Assembly (NCBI GenBank): GCA_050031695.1
Contig: JBNAIC010000029.1
Location: 16,034-80,033 of the forward strand
DNA: 64,000 nucleotides
Direction: 5' to 3'
From: Pleomorphochaeta sp.
GTDB taxonomy: Bacteria; Spirochaetota; Spirochaetia; Sphaerochaetales; Sphaerochaetaceae
Part shown: in pieces, positions 29,209 to 37,369 of the stretch
Layout of the letters: each line of letters begins with the position of its first letter
How positions within the stretch are numbered: position 1 is the first letter of the stretch
Position numbers and translations under genes: made by a program
The notes under the pieces: generated by a model
Told to the model about the DNA's origin: nothing
Database searches by the model: none
Seen by the model: only the letters and a program-made list of their open reading frames with translations

Positions 29209-30078
29209 TTAATTAAAAGTTTTTATTCTTTCAATTACATCATTATATGTACCTTTAAAAGGTCCAGGTGTCTCCATTTTTATTGAACATAAAGCAGCAG
29301 CATAATTTACAGAATCTTGAATTGAAGAGTCTAATCTTTTTGATAGATAAGCCGCGAAAGTTGTATCGCCTCTACCTGTTCTGCCACTTAAATTATTAGG
29401 ATTAAATGGTGCTGTGTAGAACTTACCATCACTGTAAATAAGAACTTCGGTATTGTGAGTAACCATAACTTCTCTTATCCCTTTGTCCCCTAAAATTTTA
29501 GCTGCTTTTTTTCTATCTTTTTCACCGGTTAATATTTCAGCTTCAGCTGCATCTGTTTTTAAATATGTAATATATTTACTATATTCATCAAGATTGTCCC
29601 AATTCTTAAATAATAAATCATTGTTTGTACTTGCTCTTAATAGTCCTTGAGCATCAATTGCAACTTCAGCTTTTTTTGAATAAAATTCAATAAAACTATC
29701 AGGTATTTCATCTTTGAACAAACCTGCAAGATGTACTATTTTTGCGTCAAAATCAATCATATTATCTATAGAGAAATTGGTTGCTCTTGAAAGTAATGTT
29801 ACTTTTCTTTTTTCTTTGTCAGCAGAAAAATAAATATTTTCAATACTTGTTGTTTTTTCTGAGTCAAGTCTTGTAACATCAACACCATTATCACTCATAA
29901 CCATTAAATCGCTTTCAGCTTCTTTGTTTGCAACTGTGATTACTTTTATATTCTTATTATTAGTAGTTGCAGCAATTGAAGAATAAATTACAGGTCCACC
30001 TAAAAATTTCTGAACACTATCTTTGTAAATCATTATATCTTTTGATACATGACCTATCATTACAATATCATAAACCAT
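29209..30078 (-). CDS. PfkB/ribokinase-family carbohydrate kinase
   Basis: LGGPVIYSS N-terminal block and C-terminal GRTGRGDTTFAAYL (the DTxGAGD-type motif). ATG 30078 is preceded by AGGAGAG. Confidence 0.85.
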   Translation of the reverse strand: MVYDIVMIGHVSKDIMIYKDSVQKFLGGPVIYSSIAATTNNKNIKVITVANKEAESDLMVMSDNGVDVTRLDSEKTTSIENIYFSADKEKRKVTLLSRATNFSIDNMIDFDAKIVHLAGLFKDEIPDSFIEFYSKKAEVAIDAQGLLRASTNNDLLFKNWDNLDEYSKYITYLKTDAAEAEILTGEKDRKKAAKILGDKGIREVMVTHNTEVLIYSDGKFYTAPFNPNNLSGRTGRGDTTFAAYLSKRLDSSIQDSVNYAAALCSIKMETPGPFKGTYNDVIERIKTFN

Positions 30079-30102
30079 TATAACTCTCCTAATCAAAATA
30101 TT

Positions 30103-30132
30103 AAATTATAATTGATATATCAATTATAATTT
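30103..30132. promoter_or_regulatory. perfect 30-bp palindrome with core TTGATATATCAA (site C)
   Basis: AAATTATAATTGATATATCAATTATAATTT equals its own reverse complement. Lies between the candidate promoter and the SD of the PfkB gene. Confidence 0.6.
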
Positions 30133-30158
30133 AATATTCATTGCACATTGATGTAAAT

Positions 30159-30187
30159 ATGATATTATCAAATAATTGGTATGTCAA
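30159..30187 (-). promoter_or_regulatory. candidate promoter of the pfkB-GDPD operon
   Basis: Minus strand reads TTGACA, 17-nt spacer, TATCAT. Confidence 0.5.
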
Positions 30188-30218
30188 TATTTTTAATTTA
30201 TTATAGTAGTTATTATTT

Positions 30219-30230
30219 ATGATATATCAA
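30219..30230. promoter_or_regulatory. operator-like palindrome ATGATATATCAA (site D)
   Basis: 11/12 match to TTGATATATCAA. Lies about 32 nt upstream of the candidate -35. Confidence 0.45.
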
Positions 30231-30467
30231 TTTTTCTATATAATTAAATTGATTATTCATATAATTTGATTGAGTTATATAATATTAAAGATAACTTATT
30301 ATGGACGCTAACAAAGATTGTGAGTATAATAAATAAAAAATTATTATATAGCATTTAAATGAATGCCTTAACTAAAAGTGATTTTCTATTTAATGTATTT
30401 TGAATAAAATAATTTAATTATTGTTTATTCTTTTTGTAGCTTTGTTATATATTTAATAAGAGGTTGT

Positions 30468-31484
30468 ATGTCAAATAATATTACAATAAAAGATATTGCA
30501 GCTATTGCTGGAGTTAGTTATTCAACAGTATCTAGATGTTTAAATGATAGTCCTTTAGTTTCTGAAAAAACAAAATATAAAGTTAATAAAATTGCAAAAG
30601 AACTTGATTTTGAGTTTAATGCAAATGCAAGAGGTTTAATAACTTCTAAAGCTAATACAATTGCAATTGTTTTACCTGAGGGTTTTTCAAAAATTAATAT
30701 TAGTGCATATCATAATATATTATTAAATTCATTACGAACAAATTTAGAAAAAAGAGATGTAGATTTAATAGTAACTTATCAAATTAATCATTATACAAAT
30801 CATAATAATATTATTAGATTGATTAATAGAAAAAAAATTGATGGATTAATATTATTAATTGAAGATCCTAATGAGGAAACTATAGATTTTATTAAAAATA
30901 GGGATGTTCCATCTGTTTTTGTTCACTATCCTCCAATTGAAAAAACTGAAAATTTTGATATTGTTTATACAGACCATTATGAAGGTGGTAAAATAGTTGC
31001 TAAACATTTATTAAAAAAGGGACATAAACATTTTACTGTTCTAGCTGTTGATGATTACCATAAGGAATTTAAATTAAGGGAAACAGCTTTTTGTGACGAA
31101 ATTATAAAAAATGGTGGTACAATAAATAAATTATTTTGTTCCTTAGATTATTGGAGTGGAAAAGAATGTGTTGAATCTAATATAGATTCAATATTAAAAA
31201 CTACTGCTATATTTGGTTTAAATGATTTAATTGCTTTAGGAGCAATGAGAGCATTGAATAAATTAAATGTAAAAATCCCTCATGATATTTCTATAGTAGG
31301 TTATGATAATAGTGAATTTAGTGAATATGCAAATCCATCTCTTACTACTATACACCAACCAAGAGAAGAATTAGCTCTTTTTGCTGTTGACAAGTTATTT
31401 AGGCAAATAAATAATGAAGGATCATTAGATAACACTAATAAAATAAGTATCAAGCCTGTACTTATTGAAAGAGACTCTACTTAA
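30468..31484 (+). CDS. LacI-family transcriptional regulator (probable iol repressor)
   Basis: HTH IKDIAAIAGVSYSTVSRCLN plus a PBP-type effector domain. Sits directly upstream of the iol operon. Confidence 0.9.
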   Translation: MSNNITIKDIAAIAGVSYSTVSRCLNDSPLVSEKTKYKVNKIAKELDFEFNANARGLITSKANTIAIVLPEGFSKINISAYHNILLNSLRTNLEKRDVDLIVTYQINHYTNHNNIIRLINRKKIDGLILLIEDPNEETIDFIKNRDVPSVFVHYPPIEKTENFDIVYTDHYEGGKIVAKHLLKKGHKHFTVLAVDDYHKEFKLRETAFCDEIIKNGGTINKLFCSLDYWSGKECVESNIDSILKTTAIFGLNDLIALGAMRALNKLNVKIPHDISIVGYDNSEFSEYANPSLTTIHQPREELALFAVDKLFRQINNEGSLDNTNKISIKPVLIERDST

Positions 31485-31537
31485 TTAATTATCACACTCA
31501 AAAAGTGTAAAATTTTATATATTAATTCATTTTTTTC

Positions 31538-31566
31538 TTGACTAATTTAATATATGTTTTTAAAGT
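31538..31566 (+). promoter_or_regulatory. promoter of the iol operon
   Basis: TTGACT (31538-31543), 17-nt spacer, TAAAGT (31561-31566). Confidence 0.55.
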
Positions 31567-31573
31567 ATAGTTA

Positions 31574-31587
31574 TGAAAACGTTTGCA
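31574..31587. promoter_or_regulatory. LacI-type operator 1, TGAAAACGTTTGCA
   Basis: Fits the LacI-family half-site pattern centred on CG. Starts 8 nt after the -10. Shares the 14-mer AAACGTTTGCAAAA with operator 2. Confidence 0.6.
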
Positions 31588-31629
31588 AAATAATAAATAA
31601 ATATCATTTATTTTTTATTTATATAAAAA

Positions 31630-31643
31630 TACAAACGTTTGCA
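31630..31643. promoter_or_regulatory. LacI-type operator 2, TACAAACGTTTGCA
   Basis: Contains the perfect 10-bp palindrome CAAACGTTTG. Lies 56 bp downstream of operator 1 and just upstream of the iolB SD. Confidence 0.6.
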
Positions 31644-31665
31644 AAAACAAATAGGAATTTATATT

Positions 31666-32472
31666 ATGATTGTTAAAAGAAACGAAGAATTTAAATGTGG
31701 GTATACCACCATTACTGAATTAAATGGCACAAATAAAGAAATGTTATTAGACTTTGGAATATTAAAATTAGATACAGATGATATTTTTGAATCTGATAGC
31801 AATTTAGAAAGAGCTTATTTATTAATAAGTGGAAAAATCGAATTTATTTATGAAGATAAAAAATATATTGCAGAAAGGTATTCTTGTTTTGATGAAGAAC
31901 CTATAGTTTTACATGTTTCTAAAGATGTAAAAATAAAAATTATTGCACTAAATGATAGTGAAATATGTATTGAAAGATGTCAAAACGAAACCATATTCCC
32001 TTCAAAGATATATAACAAAGATAATGTTAGGACAGATATTTTTGGTAAAGATGTTCTTAATAATACTTCAATTAGAAGTGTTAGAACTATTTTTGATGGT
32101 GAAATTGCACCATATTCTAATATGGTTATGGGTGAAGTTATAAATCATCCTGGTAAATTCTCAAGTTATCCACCTCACGATCATCCTCAACCTGAAATTT
32201 ATCATTATAAATTTTTCCCAAAACAAGGTTTTGGAGTTTCCATGTTAGACGATGATGCCTTTGTTGTAAAAGATGGTGATACTTCATTAATAAAACCAGA
32301 TACAACTCATTCTCAAGTTGCAGCTCCTGGGTACGCAATGTATTACATTTGGATGATTCCTCATTTAGAAGATGATAGATGGTTGCCAACTACAAGATAT
32401 TATAGGGATGAGCATAAATGGTTATTAGATAAAGATGTCAAAATCTGGCCAGAAAAAAAATTCGAAAAATAA
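31666..32472 (+). CDS. iolB: 5-deoxy-glucuronate isomerase
   Basis: Cupin-type KFSSYPPHDHPQPEIYHYKF...QGFG block typical of IolB. About 268 aa counting from ATG 31666. Confidence 0.85.
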   Translation: MIVKRNEEFKCGYTTITELNGTNKEMLLDFGILKLDTDDIFESDSNLERAYLLISGKIEFIYEDKKYIAERYSCFDEEPIVLHVSKDVKIKIIALNDSEICIERCQNETIFPSKIYNKDNVRTDIFGKDVLNNTSIRSVRTIFDGEIAPYSNMVMGEVINHPGKFSSYPPHDHPQPEIYHYKFFPKQGFGVSMLDDDAFVVKDGDTSLIKPDTTHSQVAAPGYAMYYIWMIPHLEDDRWLPTTRYYRDEHKWLLDKDVKIWPEKKFEK

Positions 32473-32496
32473 AAAGATAAATGGAGAAAGATAATT

Positions 32497-34377
32497 ATGA
32501 AATCTACAATAAAGTTAACAACAGCTCAGGCAATAGTTAAATTTTTAGATAATCAATATATAAATTTTGATAATAGAGAAGAAAAGTTTGTAAATGGTGT
32601 TTTTGGTATTTTCGGGCATGGTTGTGTAGTAGGGCTAGGAGAAGCTTTAGAAGAAAATAATCATAACTTAAAATTCTATAAAGGTTCTAATGAGCAAGGA
32701 ATGGCACATAGTGCTATCGCATATGCTAAACAAAATAATAGAAAAAAAATTATGGCAGTTACAACTTCAATAGGACCTGGGGCTATGAATTTAGTTACAG
32801 CAGCAGCCTTAGCTACAACTAATAGAATTCCAGTTTTATTATTACCTGGTGATACTTTTGCATGTAGACAACCAGATCCTGTTTTACAACAGTTAGAGCA
32901 GTTTAATGATTTTGGAATTACATCAAATGATGCCTTTAAACCAGTTTGTAGATATTTTGATAGAGTTAATAGACCTGAGCAAGTTATGACTGCACTACTT
33001 AATGCAATGAGAGTTTTAGTTTCTCCAGTTAATACAGGAGCGGTATGTTTAGCTTTACCTCAAGATGTTCAAGGTGAATCATATGATTATCCAATTGAAT
33101 TTTTTGAAAAAAGAATTCATTACATTAGTAGAGTTAGTGCTAATGAAGTTGTTGTTGATAAAGCTGTTGAATTAATAAAAGATAGTAAAAAACCCTTAAT
33201 GATTTGTGGGGGTGGTGTAAGATACAGTGAATGTGGCAGTGAATTTGCCTCTTTTGCAATGAAATATAATATTCCATTTGGTGAAACTCAAGCTGGAAAA
33301 AGTGCTGTTGAATTTGCACATCCTATGAATTTGGGCGGAATTGGTGTAACCGGTAATTCAGCTTCTAATAATATAGCAAAAGAAGCAGATTTAATTATTT
33401 CTGTTGGTTCTAGAATGTCTGATTTTACTACATCAAGTAAATGGTTGTTTGACTTTGATAAAGCTAAAATTATTTCTATAAATGTTAATGATTTTGATGC
33501 TATAAAAATGGACTCCTTGCCATTAGTTTGTGATGCAAAAAAAGGATTAGATGCTTTAGATTCAAAGCTAAGTAAATTGAACTATAAATCAAACTATAAA
33601 CAAGAAATACTAGTCGAAAAATTAAAATGGGATGAAGAAGTAAATAGATTATATACTACTGAATTAGGCCCAAATAATAGATATTCACAACTTAGAGCAC
33701 TTGGCATTATGAATGATGAGTTATTTGATAAAAACAGTATAGTTGTAGGTGCTTCAGGATCTCTTCCTGGTGATATGCAAAGAGTCTGGAGAGCATATGA
33801 AAGAAATACTTATCATATGGAATATGGTTATTCATGTATGGGATATGAAGTTAGTGGTGCTCTTGGAGTAAAATTAGCTAAAGAAGATGTAGAAGTTTAT
33901 TCAATGGTTGGAGATGCTTCTTTTGTAATGTTACATTCAGAGCTTCTTACTGCTTTAGAAAATAATATCAAAATTAATATTATGTTATTTGATAATAATG
34001 GTTTTGGTTGTATTGATAATCTTCAAAGATCTCAAGGAATTCCTAAATTTGGTTGTGAATTAGTTTATAGAGGAAAAGAATCTAATAGATTAGATTCTAC
34101 GGGTTCAAAATTGAAAGTTTCTTATGCAACTATTGCAAAAGGCTATGGCTGTGATGTTTGGACAGTTACTAATAGCGACGAATTAAAACAAGCTATAAAA
34201 GAATCAAAGAATAGTAATAAATCAACTCTTATTGATATAAAAGTTGATGAAGATTCTATGAGTGGCTCTTATGGAAGTTGGTGGAGAGTTGGTACTGCAG
34301 AAATTTCAGAAAAAGATAGTGTAGTACAAGCTTCAAATAATCTAAAAAAAGAAATTAAAAAAGTAAAACAATACTAA
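32497..34377 (+). CDS. iolD: 3D-(3,5/4)-trihydroxycyclohexane-1,2-dione acylhydrolase (decyclizing), ThDP-dependent
   Basis: N-terminus IKLTTAQAIVKFLDNQYI...FGIFGHGCVVGLGEALEE closely parallels Bacillus subtilis IolD. The ThDP motif GDASF...NNGFG is present. Confidence 0.93.
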   Translation: MKSTIKLTTAQAIVKFLDNQYINFDNREEKFVNGVFGIFGHGCVVGLGEALEENNHNLKFYKGSNEQGMAHSAIAYAKQNNRKKIMAVTTSIGPGAMNLVTAAALATTNRIPVLLLPGDTFACRQPDPVLQQLEQFNDFGITSNDAFKPVCRYFDRVNRPEQVMTALLNAMRVLVSPVNTGAVCLALPQDVQGESYDYPIEFFEKRIHYISRVSANEVVVDKAVELIKDSKKPLMICGGGVRYSECGSEFASFAMKYNIPFGETQAGKSAVEFAHPMNLGGIGVTGNSASNNIAKEADLIISVGSRMSDFTTSSKWLFDFDKAKIISINVNDFDAIKMDSLPLVCDAKKGLDALDSKLSKLNYKSNYKQEILVEKLKWDEEVNRLYTTELGPNNRYSQLRALGIMNDELFDKNSIVVGASGSLPGDMQRVWRAYERNTYHMEYGYSCMGYEVSGALGVKLAKEDVEVYSMVGDASFVMLHSELLTALENNIKINIMLFDNNGFGCIDNLQRSQGIPKFGCELVYRGKESNRLDSTGSKLKVSYATIAKGYGCDVWTVTNSDELKQAIKESKNSNKSTLIDIKVDEDSMSGSYGSWWRVGTAEISEKDSVVQASNNLKKEIKKVKQY

Positions 34378-34394
34378 AAGTTTGAGGTTTATAA

Positions 34395-35285
34395 ATGGAT
34401 AATAAGAAAGTTAAATTAGCAATTGCTCCAATAGCTTGGACAAATGATGATATGCCTGATTTAGGAAGTGAAAATACATTTGAACAATGTGTAAGTGAAA
34501 TGGCTTTAGCAGGTTTTAGAGGTAGTGAAGTTGGAAATAAATATCCAAAAAATCCAGAAGTTTTAAAACCAATGTTGGATTTAAGAGGAATTTCAATTTG
34601 TAATCAATGGTTCAGCTCATTTTTAACAACACAAAGTCTTGATGAAGTAATATCCGATTTTAATAAACAATTAGATTTTTTAGAGGCTGTGGGAGCTAAA
34701 TTAATTGGACCTGCTGAACAAGGTAATTCTATTCAAGGTAAAAATTTGAGTGTTTTCGATGAAAAACCAATCTTTAGTGATAAAGAATGGGAACTTGTAG
34801 CTAATGGGTTAAATACTCTTGGAAAAATTGCAAAAGATAGAGGTTTTAAACTTTGCTACCACCATCATATGGGTACAGGTTGTCAAACTATCAAAGAGAC
34901 TCAAAAATTAATGGATATGACAAATAAAGATTATGTTTATTTAACATTTGATTCAGGACATTTTGCTTTCTCTGGTGAAGATCCTGTTAAAGCTTTGTCT
35001 TTATTTATTGATAGAGTTGCTCATGTTCATTTAAAAGATATTCGTCAAGAAATTGTAAAACAAGTTAAAGAACAAAAATTAAGTTTTTTAGAAGCTGTTA
35101 GATTAGGTGCATTTACAATTCCTGGCGATGGTTCTATTGATTTTCCAGCCATTTTTAAAATTTTAGAAGAAAATGATTACCAAGGTTGGATGGTTGTAGA
35201 AGCTGAACAAGATCCAGCAAAAGCTAACCCATTAGAATATGCTATTAAAGCAAGAAAATATATTAGAGAAAATACAGGATTATAG
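34395..35285 (+). CDS. iolE: myo-inosose-2 dehydratase
   Basis: [45 protein letters not shown] is near-identical in pattern to the B. subtilis IolE N-terminus. Xylose-isomerase-like TIM barrel. Confidence 0.92.
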   Translation: MDNKKVKLAIAPIAWTNDDMPDLGSENTFEQCVSEMALAGFRGSEVGNKYPKNPEVLKPMLDLRGISICNQWFSSFLTTQSLDEVISDFNKQLDFLEAVGAKLIGPAEQGNSIQGKNLSVFDEKPIFSDKEWELVANGLNTLGKIAKDRGFKLCYHHHMGTGCQTIKETQKLMDMTNKDYVYLTFDSGHFAFSGEDPVKALSLFIDRVAHVHLKDIRQEIVKQVKEQKLSFLEAVRLGAFTIPGDGSIDFPAIFKILEENDYQGWMVVEAEQDPAKANPLEYAIKARKYIRENTGL

Positions 35286-35295
35286 GAGAATTTTT

Positions 35296-36324
35296 ATGAA
35301 GAATATAAATATTGGAATCATTGGTGGAGGTAGAATTGGACAAGTTCATGCAAAAAGCATAACTAATTTAGTTCCTAACGCAACAATAGTTGCATTAGCT
35401 GATCCTTTTATGAGTGAAAAGTTAGAAACATGGGCAAAAAGTATTGGAATTAAAGAAACTTATAAAGATCCATATAAAATCATTAATCACGAAAATATTG
35501 AAGCTGTATTAATTTGTTCACCAACAGATACTCATACAGAGTTAATACAAGCAGCTGCAAAAGCTAAAAAACATATTTTCTGTGAAAAGCCTGTTGATAC
35601 AGATTTAAATAGAATTAACGAAACTATGAATGTAGTTAAAGAAAATGATGTTTTATTCCAAATTGGTTTTAATAGAAGATATGATCATAATCATAATGCT
35701 GTTAGAAATGCAGTAATAAATAATGAAGTTGGAGATGTTCATGTTATTAAAATTACATCAAGAGATCCTGAGCCACCAAATCCAGAATATGTAAAAGTTT
35801 CAGGTGGAATTTTCTTAGACATGATGATTCATGATTTCGACATGGTTAGATTTTTAAGTAATAGTGAAGTTGAAGAAGTATATGCTTCAGGTGCAGTTCT
35901 AATAGATCCAGAAATTGGAAAAGCTGGTGATGTTGATACAGCAATGGTAATGTTAACTATGAAAAATGGGTCATTAGCTATTATTGATAATTCAAGACAA
36001 GCTGTATATGGATATGATCAAAGAACAGAAGTGTTTGGATCAAAAGGTTGTGCTAAAGTTGAAAATGATAGAAATAGTTTAGTTGAAATTAGTTCAAAGA
36101 CAGGTGTTAAATCTGAGAAACCTTTATATTTCTTCTTAGATAGATATATTGATTCATATGCAAATGAAATAATTGAATTTATAGATGCAGTTCAAAGTGG
36201 AAAAGAAATTACTTGTGGAATAGACGATGCTATTAGACCTGTTGAAATTGCTCTTGCAGCAACTAAATCATTAAAAGAACATCGCCCTGTATTAATCAGT
36301 GAAATAACAAACGATATTAAATAA
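35296..36324 (+). CDS. iolG: Gfo/Idh/MocA oxidoreductase, probable myo-inositol 2-dehydrogenase
   Basis: IGIIGGGRIGQVHA Rossmann motif, CEKPV and GFNRRYD blocks, plus operon context. ATG 35296 is preceded by AGGAGA. The track N-extension overlaps iolE. Confidence 0.8.
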   Translation: MKNINIGIIGGGRIGQVHAKSITNLVPNATIVALADPFMSEKLETWAKSIGIKETYKDPYKIINHENIEAVLICSPTDTHTELIQAAAKAKKHIFCEKPVDTDLNRINETMNVVKENDVLFQIGFNRRYDHNHNAVRNAVINNEVGDVHVIKITSRDPEPPNPEYVKVSGGIFLDMMIHDFDMVRFLSNSEVEEVYASGAVLIDPEIGKAGDVDTAMVMLTMKNGSLAIIDNSRQAVYGYDQRTEVFGSKGCAKVENDRNSLVEISSKTGVKSEKPLYFFLDRYIDSYANEIIEFIDAVQSGKEITCGIDDAIRPVEIALAATKSLKEHRPVLISEITNDIK

Positions 36325-36349
36325 GAATAGAAAAGTAGGAGAATACAAT

Positions 36350-37369
36350 ATGAAAAAAGTAAAAGTAGGTGTTGCTGGATACGGTACAATTGGACAAAGA
36401 TTAGCTGACGGTGTAGCTCTTCAAGAAGATATGGAATTAGTAGGAGTTGCTGATGTTGCACCAACACTACCTGTTCAAGCATTATATGAAAAAGGTATGC
36501 CTTATAAACTATTTACTGCAGTACCTGAAAAAAAGCATCTATTAACAGATAGAGGTATTCCTGTAAGTGGTACATTAGAAGAATTAGTTCAACAAGTAGA
36601 TATTATGCTTGATGCAACCAATGCAGGTGTTGGGGCTATGAATAAAAAATTATATGAAAAATATAATACAAAAGCAATTTTCCAAGGTGGAGAAAAAAAT
36701 GATGTAGCAGATATTTTCTTCCATGGTTATGCTAACTATGAAAAAGGAATAGGTGCTGATTTTTTAAAGTTAACTTCATGTAATACAACAGGTTTAATAA
36801 GAGCTATCGATTCTATTGATAGAGCAGTTGGTGTTGAAAAAACAGCAATTACTATAATAAGAAGAGTTGCAGATCCAGGTGATTACCATAGAGGCTTAAC
36901 TAATGCTTTAGAAGTTGCTCCAGCTCCAAACCATCAAGCTTTAGATTTAATGACAATTATGCCACACATTGATGCTACAGGTATTTTAGTACACACACCT
37001 GTAACTCATGGACACATTATTACATCAGTAGTATCAACTAAAGATAAAATTAGTAAAGATGAATTATTAGAAATTTTTAATGCTCATCCAAGAATTCGTG
37101 TTGTAAGCTTAGAAGATGGCTTTAAAGGGAATGCTTCATTATTTAAATATGCTAGAGATTTAGGTCATCCAAGAGGTGATATGTATGAAATTGCAGTGTT
37201 TAAGGAGTCTATTGTAAATAGTGGTGATGATATTATGTTCGCAATTAATATTCCACAAGAAGCTGTAGTAATTCCTGAAAATATAGATGCAATTAGAGCA
37301 GCTCTTAAAATGCAAGATACTAGAGAAGAAGGAACAAAAGAAACTAATAAATATTTAGGAATGAAATAA
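36350..37369 (+). CDS. type II (archaeal-type) glyceraldehyde-3-phosphate dehydrogenase homologue
   Basis: VGVAGYGTIGQRLADG, AIFQGGEK, SCNTTGL (catalytic Cys), IIRRVADP, YEIAVFKESI and QEAVVIPENIDAIRA. These are collinear with archaeal GAPDH as I recall the Methanothermus sequence. SD AGGAGA upstream. Confidence 0.88.
   Translation: MKKVKVGVAGYGTIGQRLADGVALQEDMELVGVADVAPTLPVQALYEKGMPYKLFTAVPEKKHLLTDRGIPVSGTLEELVQQVDIMLDATNAGVGAMNKKLYEKYNTKAIFQGGEKNDVADIFFHGYANYEKGIGADFLKLTSCNTTGLIRAIDSIDRAVGVEKTAITIIRRVADPGDYHRGLTNALEVAPAPNHQALDLMTIMPHIDATGILVHTPVTHGHIITSVVSTKDKISKDELLEIFNAHPRIRVVSLEDGFKGNASLFKYARDLGHPRGDMYEIAVFKESIVNSGDDIMFAINIPQEAVVIPENIDAIRAALKMQDTREEGTKETNKYLGMK

Noticed and set aside
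35239-35295. 19-codon N-terminal extension of iolG in the ORF track, overlapping the end of iolE.
   Set aside because: The extension has no SD and no homology. ATG 35296 is preceded by AGGAGA and gives the canonical Rossmann N-terminus.
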